Shown here: piece by piece, positions 57,408 to 64,000 of the stretch
Position numbering within the stretch: the stretch's first letter is position 1
How the letters are laid out: each line of letters starts with the position of its first letter
From: Anaerovoracaceae bacterium
GTDB lineage: Bacteria > Bacillota > Clostridia > Peptostreptococcales > Anaerovoracaceae
Length of the DNA: 64,000 nucleotides
Reading direction: 5' to 3'
Assembly (NCBI GenBank): GCA_050953445.1
Contig: JBMNMS010000002.1
Coordinates: 14,599-78,598 of the forward strand
Made by a program: the position numbers and the translations under genes
The notes under the pieces: model-generated
The model's database searches: none
Seen by the model: the letters and a program-made list of their open reading frames with translations, nothing else
Told to the model about the DNA's origin: nothing

Positions 57408-59657
57408 CTAAACCTTTTGGGTCCGCTGCTTTAAAAAATCTATTGCATCTTTTTCAGGTAGGGGCTTACTTATATGGAATCCCTGGATTATATCGCAACC
57501 ATGCTCTATCAGATAATCCATTTGGGGCTCCGTTTCAACTTCTTCTGCTACAGTCCTTAGTCCTAGCCGATGTGCCATGGTGATGATATCCTGAGTTATA
57601 AGGGGGCCATTCTGACTGATTTTATCGATGAAGGTGTGATCGATTTTTAATATGTCTACGTCCATATTTCGCAGTTCGGATAATGAAGAATAACCGGTTC
57701 CAAAGTCATCCAGGGCTATTGAGATTCCAAGCTCTCTCAATAGTTTTAAATTCATTTTTGCTATTTCCAGATTTTCGATCAGGGCTGATTCCGTTATTTC
57801 AAAGACTAAATTTCCATAATACTTGGGGGATGTATCTGTAAGGGACTTTACGGTATCAATAAATCCTTCCCGCAACAATTGGAGCCCCGAGATGTTGACT
57901 GCTATAAAGGTATTGGTGTAGCCTTCCGCATGCAGGCGTTCTAAGAAGTTAAAGGCCTTATTGAGAATCACACCTCCCAATGGGAAGATTAAATTACGCC
58001 TTTCGGCAATATCGATGAATTCAGCAGGTTGTATCTGGCCAATATTGTGAACAGTCAATCTGGCCAGAGCCTCAAAGCCAATAATATCAGATGTTTTTGC
58101 ACAAAAAAGGGGCTGATAGTGCAGTTGAATACAGTCTTTGCATTTTCCCTCGATAACAGAAAGTAGGGCCTTTTCGATGGCTTCCTCACGTATCAAGGCA
58201 TCCCTCATGTCATGGGTAAATACAATGAAATCTTTTGATTCTTCTTTTTTTAAAGTGCTTATAGCAAGAGAGGCATCGTGAAGAACACGTCCAACGGAAA
58301 AATCGGGATCGTAAAGCTCATAGATTGAAATCTTCAAATTTAGATACTCATGCTTTAGTGTATTTTTTTCCGGGCTTCTGTAGTCCTTCAGTATTTGTTT
58401 TGAAAGGTTCTCAAGCTCTGTAATTTCGCCATATTGTTCTACAACCATTACAAACTTGTCGGCATCCAGCCGGAAGAGCTTGCCTTTGGGGGGAATGTGA
58501 TCTGAGTAGATTTTAACCGTTTGCTGTAAGACCTTATCCCCATATTCGTAACCGTGGGTATGATTAATCAGGTTGAAATTTGACAGGTTTAACAGCATGA
58601 TTGCAGTTTTGCCATGATTGCAGTCCTTGATTTTTGAGGGTAGAAACCATTTCAAATAATTATCGTTTGGAAGACCGGTCAGCCCGTCATAAAAGGCCAT
58701 TTTAACGCTAAATTTCCTTTTGCGATATGCGTAGAATAAAACACCTGATAAAATCAAAGAGATGATAAAGAATCTCAAAACATTTTCTACAATAAGGCGA
58801 TTAATATCGGTGGTAATAATTTTGGATGACCAGACAACGGTAAGAGTGCCAAGCTTTTCGCCGTCGTAAAATACGGGGGCACAGACATGCAGCAGGCCAT
58901 TATTCATAAAGCCCTTCCCTATTTTAGGTGTATCAGACATAAAGTGATTATGAATGTCCTCATCATCGAAGGACACTCCTGCGTATTCCGCCGTTCCGCT
59001 GGCAATTAGATTATAATCAGTATCTGTAAAGAAGATGTTTTCAATGAATCTGTTTTCAATAAAGTCTTCGATAAGCTTTTCGACGCTGAAGGCTTGTAGA
59101 AATTTGTCAATTCGTTCCGATGAAATCCCTATTTGCACGATACTCCCATCTTTGCTTTTTACATATGCGTATTTGGTAAGCATTCCAGATACGGAGTTGA
59201 CGCGGATCTCTTCAGTGGATGTAGTCTGATCGCTTGCTAAAAGGTGTTGCACGGGGTGGCTTTCATACGCCTTCCATCCAATGTGATTTGCTTCCGTGCT
59301 TTTAATGATTATTCCTCTTTGATTATATAAATTGATTTCGTCAACGGAATACTTTTCCGCCACCTGATTCAAGCCTCCGGAATCAACACCATCACTTGCT
59401 TGCAGTAGAATCTCACCTATTAGCAGCAGTTTTTCATCCACCATTACTGCGATAATTTCTGTTGCAGCCCTCGAGTTATGGATCCTTCTAATATAGCTGT
59501 CTACCAAGCTGAGAGAATATTCTTCAATAGAGTCATAGGTTTTGTCAATATGGCTTTTTATATTAAAAGATGTGACCAGGGCAAACACAAGAAATAGGAT
59601 GGCAAATGGTATTAGAAAAGACTTTATATCCACCTTCTTTAGTTTTTCTCTGGTCAT
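57408..59657 (-). CDS. Membrane sensor protein with degenerate GGDEF domain and intact EAL phosphodiesterase domain
   Basis: Two TM segments flank an extracytoplasmic Cache-like region of about 270 aa. The GGDEF position reads RLDADKF. The EAL domain has FEALARL, VNIS, FEITES, DDFGTGYSS, KID and QGFHISKP. Confidence 0.88.
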   Translation of the reverse strand: MTREKLKKVDIKSFLIPFAILFLVFALVTSFNIKSHIDKTYDSIEEYSLSLVDSYIRRIHNSRAATEIIAVMVDEKLLLIGEILLQASDGVDSGGLNQVAEKYSVDEINLYNQRGIIIKSTEANHIGWKAYESHPVQHLLASDQTTSTEEIRVNSVSGMLTKYAYVKSKDGSIVQIGISSERIDKFLQAFSVEKLIEDFIENRFIENIFFTDTDYNLIASGTAEYAGVSFDDEDIHNHFMSDTPKIGKGFMNNGLLHVCAPVFYDGEKLGTLTVVWSSKIITTDINRLIVENVLRFFIISLILSGVLFYAYRKRKFSVKMAFYDGLTGLPNDNYLKWFLPSKIKDCNHGKTAIMLLNLSNFNLINHTHGYEYGDKVLQQTVKIYSDHIPPKGKLFRLDADKFVMVVEQYGEITELENLSKQILKDYRSPEKNTLKHEYLNLKISIYELYDPDFSVGRVLHDASLAISTLKKEESKDFIVFTHDMRDALIREEAIEKALLSVIEGKCKDCIQLHYQPLFCAKTSDIIGFEALARLTVHNIGQIQPAEFIDIAERRNLIFPLGGVILNKAFNFLERLHAEGYTNTFIAVNISGLQLLREGFIDTVKSLTDTSPKYYGNLVFEITESALIENLEIAKMNLKLLRELGISIALDDFGTGYSSLSELRNMDVDILKIDHTFIDKISQNGPLITQDIITMAHRLGLRTVAEEVETEPQMDYLIEHGCDIIQGFHISKPLPEKDAIDFLKQRTQKV

Positions 59658-59910
59658 GGGGCATGCCTCCTTAGTATGTCCGGTTACGGGGATGGGGTTT
59701 TGATGTTTTCATTCGACAAAATTCTACTTATTAAATACTATCATATAGCATTGCAAATGTGAGTAATAATTGAGTATAATTACAAAAAAAACAAATTAAT
59801 TAAATCGTAAGTTTAACCGAAGGCAAAGAAGAGATGCAAAGCATGCAGGGATAAATTCGACAAATAGTCTTCTATATCGCAAAAAATATAGATACAGATC
59901 CCAAAAATCA

Positions 59911-59976
59911 TGCTATAATAAGAGCGGTGAAATTAGGTGCCGTACATAACTAATTTTTGGACTGTACGGTTTTTTT
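59911..59976 (+). promoter_or_regulatory. Extended -10 promoter followed by a terminator-like leader hairpin upstream of the GGDEF/HD-GYP gene
   Basis: TGcTATAAT (59911-59919). The CCGTACA / TGTACGG stem (59940-59946 and 59963-59969) is followed by T7 (59970-59976), 30 nt before GTG 60007. Confidence 0.45.
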
Positions 59977-60006
59977 ATCGATATTTTTAAAAGGTGGTGA
60001 GGGTAA

Positions 60007-62541
60007 GTGGAAGTAGAAGAGGTTAAACTCTCCGACATTGCAGGAGTCAGACTACAATCCAAAAGGAAGATCAGTATTATTGTTATCATTTTACTGGCCG
60101 TTATCTTAGGTGGGGCCTATCTTGCAATGGAATGGAATAGGTATCAGGGCATGTTCCAAGGGGAAGCAATTAAATCGGCAGAATCTCTGGGAACCTTATT
60201 GACTACCAACCATATTAAAGATCTATCGCATATAGACAGAAATAATGAGTCTTTACAATATATCATGGTTAAAAACAAACTGATCAAGCTGGTGGAAAAA
60301 GCACAGCTTATACATTATGCCTACCTGCTTGGGAATCGGGATGGGGAAATTGTGGTTTTAGTCGACTCCAACACCGATGAAGCGCCAATATATTATTCGC
60401 TGGATAATTTCATGGAGGAGTTAGAGGATTCGGACTGGATTCCCTTTGAAAGTACATATAGCACGTTAACAAAGCCTATTGAGAATAAAAACGGAGTATG
60501 GATCAGAGCCCTTGTGCCCATACAGGATGCAGGAAACGGAGAGATCATCGCTATCTTTGGTTTGAGTTACTCCGCAAAGGACTGGAGAACCAACATCTGG
60601 AGGCGTATGAGTCTTGATATGATTGTGGTGATTTCCATGATTATACTCATTATCACTCTAACATATCTTTGGAGGAAAAACGAAGAACTTGCCTTTCAGG
60701 AGGCACTGTATCGAAACATTTTCCAACAGGCTCCTATAGGAATAATTTTACAGGGAAGTAAGAATAGTAATACGAAAGCGAAATATGTGAGCATAAATCC
60801 CATGGCGGAAACTATTCTTGGAAGGGGTATAAGGGATTTGGCAGATATAACGTGGCCTGAATTTTCACATTCGGAGGATCTGGATCTGGAACTGCCCCTT
60901 TTTGAACAATTTGTTAAAGGCGAGATAGACACATATTCTCTGGAAAAAAGATTGATTAAACCAGATGGTCAAACCGTGTGGACTAATGTTAAGATATCGG
61001 ATTTTTCCGGCAGTCCCCTTTACGGGTCCATGTATCTTTGTTTGTTGGAGGATATTTCAGCGCGGAAGCACTGGGAAGAGGCTTTAAAGGAAAGCGAACG
61101 AAGCAAATCCGTGCTTATATCCCACCTTCCAGGTATGGCTTATCGATGTAAGAATGACAGGGATTGGACTATGGAATTCGTTTCGGATGGTTGTGAGGCA
61201 TTGACCGGTTATGCCCCAAATGATTTGATAGAAAATAGTGTTGTTTCCTTTAATCAGATCATTTCACCTGAATACCGGGATATGATTTGGGATGATTGGG
61301 TAAGAACATTGCACCAAAAAAAGAGTTACAGCCATGAATATGAAATTGTGACCAGGTTTGGCCAGCGCAAATGGGTTATGGAGTTAGGGCAGGGTGTCTA
61401 TGAAGATGATGGGAGCATAAAGGCTCTGGAAGGGATTATACTGGATATCTCGGAACAGAAACGAAAGGAGCATCAGATTGCCTATTTAAAAGACCATGAT
61501 TTCCTGACGGGCCTTTATAATCGCAGCCGGATAGATATGGAGAAGAAAAGGCTGGATACCCCGGAACACTGGCCGCTGTCAGTAGTTATTTGCGATATAG
61601 ACGGATTGCGCATGATAAACGGTGCATATGGTCATGTTGAAGGCGATAGGTTAGTGATAAAAACTGCCAATCTAATTCAAAGCTGCCGCCGGATGTATGA
61701 CGTTGTAGGTCGGATTAGTGGCGGTGAATTTGTATTGTTTTTACCACATACCGATAATGAAGGGGCGAAGCAACTTGTGAATGAAATACAGGAGGCGGTA
61801 GATGGATTTAATCGGGCAGAGAAGGATGCCCTGTATAAGATCAGCCTGTCAATCGGACATAGTACGAAATACGCAGAAGGGCAGTGCATAGAAGAAACTA
61901 TAAAGACAGCTGAGGAATATTTAAGAAGCAAAAAATTGCTCAATCAAAACAGTTTGCATTCGGCCATTGTGTCTTCCATCATGGCTACATTATATGCAAA
62001 AAGTCAGGAAACTGAGGAGCACGGTCAGCGTTTAGGCCGGTTCTGTCAAATGATAGGCGAAAGGTTAGGCCTGGATCAAAAAAGTCTGGATGATTTGCAG
62101 TTGCTTTCCAAGATACATGACATAGGCAAAATCGGCATCGATGATAGTATTTTAAACAAGCCGGACAGACTGACCTTTGAGGAATGGGAGGAGATGAAGC
62201 GGCATCCGGAAATAGGTTATAACATTGCCATATCAACGCCCCAGCTTGAACATATTGCAGAATATATACTTTCACACCACGAACGCTGGGATGGCTCCGG
62301 TTATCCTTCAGGGTTGTCTGGTACCGATATTCCTTTGATCTCCAGGATTCTATCGGTGGCAGATGCTTATGATGCTATGACGGAGGACAGGGTTTATCGT
62401 AAGGCGTTGACCATGGAGAATGCATTAAGGGAGCTGGAGAGAAATGGGGGGACACAATTTGATCCGGAAATTGTAGAGCTGTTTATTCAAATGATGAAAG
62501 AGAGGCCATCCATAGATTTTTATGAACCTATGTCCGAATGA
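60007..62541 (+). CDS. Membrane sensor with 2 PAS domains, a non-canonical GGDEF domain (SGGEF) and an HD-GYP domain
   Basis: Two TM segments around a periplasmic domain of about 160 aa. RMYD (I-site) then five residues then SGGEF. HD-GYP motifs HDIGKIGI and HHERWDGSGYPSGL. GTG start with a GGTGGTGAGGG RBS. Confidence 0.88.
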   Translation: MEVEEVKLSDIAGVRLQSKRKISIIVIILLAVILGGAYLAMEWNRYQGMFQGEAIKSAESLGTLLTTNHIKDLSHIDRNNESLQYIMVKNKLIKLVEKAQLIHYAYLLGNRDGEIVVLVDSNTDEAPIYYSLDNFMEELEDSDWIPFESTYSTLTKPIENKNGVWIRALVPIQDAGNGEIIAIFGLSYSAKDWRTNIWRRMSLDMIVVISMIILIITLTYLWRKNEELAFQEALYRNIFQQAPIGIILQGSKNSNTKAKYVSINPMAETILGRGIRDLADITWPEFSHSEDLDLELPLFEQFVKGEIDTYSLEKRLIKPDGQTVWTNVKISDFSGSPLYGSMYLCLLEDISARKHWEEALKESERSKSVLISHLPGMAYRCKNDRDWTMEFVSDGCEALTGYAPNDLIENSVVSFNQIISPEYRDMIWDDWVRTLHQKKSYSHEYEIVTRFGQRKWVMELGQGVYEDDGSIKALEGIILDISEQKRKEHQIAYLKDHDFLTGLYNRSRIDMEKKRLDTPEHWPLSVVICDIDGLRMINGAYGHVEGDRLVIKTANLIQSCRRMYDVVGRISGGEFVLFLPHTDNEGAKQLVNEIQEAVDGFNRAEKDALYKISLSIGHSTKYAEGQCIEETIKTAEEYLRSKKLLNQNSLHSAIVSSIMATLYAKSQETEEHGQRLGRFCQMIGERLGLDQKSLDDLQLLSKIHDIGKIGIDDSILNKPDRLTFEEWEEMKRHPEIGYNIAISTPQLEHIAEYILSHHERWDGSGYPSGLSGTDIPLISRILSVADAYDAMTEDRVYRKALTMENALRELERNGGTQFDPEIVELFIQMMKERPSIDFYEPMSE

Positions 62542-62576
62542 ATCCAATAAGAAAAAAAGCCTGTAAGGCTAAAAAA

Positions 62577-62614
62577 ATACCCCGGGAATGCATATTGCAT
62601 TTCGGGGTATTTTA
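62577..62614. terminator. Bidirectional terminator between the HD-GYP gene and the MCP gene
   Basis: ATACCCCG, an 18-nt loop, then CGGGGTAT, flanked by A7 upstream and TTTT downstream. Confidence 0.7.
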
Positions 62615-62622
62615 GCCTGATT

Positions 62623-64000
62623 TTAGTATTTGGATGGGGGAAGCATATCCATTTCAATATCCGAGTCATAGTCATAAGAGAGTCTGTTGGCTCCGGAATC
62701 GCTTAGGGTGAATTCAGATACCAATTCTCTAAGCAGATCTGCCTGGCCGGATAATTCTTCGCTTGCTGCTGCACTTTCCTCTACCGTAGCAGCATTTGTC
62801 TGTACGACAGTTGAAATCTGTTCCACACCCTGGTTTATCTGCACGATGGCTGTAGCCTGATCCTGAGACGCATCTGTTATGCGATCTATTAATGAGACGG
62901 TAGCCATGGTCTGTTCTGCACTCTTTGTCAGTGACTGCGCTGTACGATCGGCTATGGAGGAGCCGCTGTTAACCGAATCTATGGTTTGCTCGATAAGGTC
63001 GGAAGTGTTTCTGGCCGCTTCCGCAGATTTGGCTGCAAGGTTTCTAACCTCATCTGCTACAACAGCGAAGCCTTTTCCGGCAGCACCTGCCCTTGCAGCC
63101 TCTACTGCGGCATTTAATGCAAGAATATTAGTCTGGAAGGCTATATCGTCAATAATTTTGATAATCTTAGAGATTTCGGAAGCCTTCTCGGTAATCTGTG
63201 CCATTGCGGCTATCATATCCTGCATTTGGGCATCACTTTCTTTCAATTCCTTCCCAGCCTCCTCAGCTTTAAGGCGTACCTCCTTAGCATTATCCGCATT
63301 TTGCTTGACCTGTTCGGTAACTTCTGCAATTGAGGCCGATAGTTGTTGTATAGAACTGGCCTGCTCCGTGGCACCCTGGGACATAGCTTGAGCACCACTG
63401 GCTACCTGGTCTGCCCCTACCTTTACCTGGTCTGAGGCATTTTGAATCTGTGAAAGGGTGGAGCTTAGGCTTTCTGTCAAAGCTTCTAAGCTATCCTTCA
63501 GCTTTCGGAATTGACCCACATATTCCATCTTAAGGGATACCCTCAAATCACCTTGTGCAATCTGTGCCAGGGAGGCTGACATTTCATTGATATAGTCTCT
63601 GTAATTGACCAGTCTATCCAAGGTCAAATTAAACGCCTGAGCCAGTTGGCCAATTTCATCTTTAGATGTAACCTGAAGTGTAACATCGAAGTTTCCGTCG
63701 GCAATCTCCTTGGCTGCCTGGGTAACACGTTTGATGGGTCTTGCGATACCGGTGCTGATTACAAACATAAGTGCTATGCCAATAAGAAGCGCCGTAACAA
63801 CTATCGCTATGAGCAGATTGGCCAATTTGTTTACATCGCGTAATATTTCTGCTTTTTCTACACCGAAGATTACTATCCAGGGGGAACCTTCAATAGGAGA
63901 GTACCCGGCAATCTTTGTCACTCCATTGTATGTATATTCGCCGCTTGAAACATTTCCTGATGTCATTTGCTTGGTAAGCTCGCCAAGTCCCACGAGAGCC
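62623..64000 (-). CDS. Methyl-accepting chemotaxis protein; N-terminus lies beyond the window
   Basis: C-terminal part of a Cache-like sensor, a TM segment, a HAMP domain ([19 protein letters not shown]), and the conserved signalling hairpin ([39 protein letters not shown]). The reading frame is open to the window edge. Confidence 0.9.
   Translation of the reverse strand, partial: ALVGLGELTKQMTSGNVSSGEYTYNGVTKIAGYSPIEGSPWIVIFGVEKAEILRDVNKLANLLIAIVVTALLIGIALMFVISTGIARPIKRVTQAAKEIADGNFDVTLQVTSKDEIGQLAQAFNLTLDRLVNYRDYINEMSASLAQIAQGDLRVSLKMEYVGQFRKLKDSLEALTESLSSTLSQIQNASDQVKVGADQVASGAQAMSQGATEQASSIQQLSASIAEVTEQVKQNADNAKEVRLKAEEAGKELKESDAQMQDMIAAMAQITEKASEISKIIKIIDDIAFQTNILALNAAVEAARAGAAGKGFAVVADEVRNLAAKSAEAARNTSDLIEQTIDSVNSGSSIADRTAQSLTKSAEQTMATVSLIDRITDASQDQATAIVQINQGVEQISTVVQTNAATVEESAAASEELSGQADLLRELVSEFTLSDSGANRLSYDYDSDIEMDMLPPSKY

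Noticed and set aside
62879-63391. Antisense shadow ORFs inside real genes: the 170-aa Ala/Ser-rich ORF in the MCP gene, plus 35597-36043, 40251-40697, 40707-41102, 31015-31377, 7502-7882 and 21766-22095.
   Set aside because: Each is fully contained in a well-supported CDS on the opposite strand. They lack RBS and have biased, repetitive composition typical of antisense frames.

Overview
A 64-kb chromosomal window from an AT-rich, low-GC Gram-positive anaerobe. The Clostridia-like assignment rests on gene content: an SLH wall protein, hcp, rubredoxin, a sigma-D-type promoter and GGAGG ribosome-binding sites. Most of the window is conserved housekeeping. It holds a partial mpg glycosylase, fba, lepB and smpB. 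It also holds the ylxM-ffh-rpsP-KH-rimM-trmD block joined directly to the end of the division cluster (yggS-sepF-yggT-divIVA-lspA-rluD). Further along are gpmI, addA, nhaC and a complete rrn operon (16S, tRNA-Ile, 23S, 5S, tRNA-Glu, tRNA-Leu). I found no CRISPR array, integrase, transposase, prophage or recognisable defence island. The parts worth a second look are listed below in rough order of interest.
(1) 40.3-42.4 kb: an internally duplicated polytopic membrane protein (DUF1538-like) overlaps and is probably translationally coupled to a tandem PII-like protein. This looks like an uncharacterised transporter-plus-sensor pair.
(2) 22.2-32 kb: an AcoR-like AAA+ enhancer-binding protein has GAFDGE in place of the sigma-54-contacting GAFTGA loop. 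It sits next to a class II aldolase-like gene and a TPP enzyme whose upstream region has a good sigma-A promoter and a TGAGAA repeat array but no -24/-12 promoter. Downstream are an orphan wHTH-like protein, a YhhQ/VUT transporter coupled to a short SDR, an atypical NCS2 permease and a nitroreductase.
(3) 34.5-40.2 kb: a redox, sulfur and nitrosative-stress cluster with Crp/Fnr, a rubredoxin missing from the ORF track, a CoADR-rhodanese-TusA-DsrE four-domain fusion, trxA and hcp. The trxA-hcp intergenic region carries three palindromes.
(4) An orphan motAB pair lies next to an unknown gene driven by a near-consensus sigma-D promoter.
(5) 43-64 kb is dense in c-di-GMP genes. One diguanylate cyclase overlaps the gpmI stop codon (ATGA), and two composite proteins have degenerate GGDEF motifs.
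All family assignments come from motifs read by eye, with no searches run. Start codons were re-chosen from RBS context where the ORF track over-extends.
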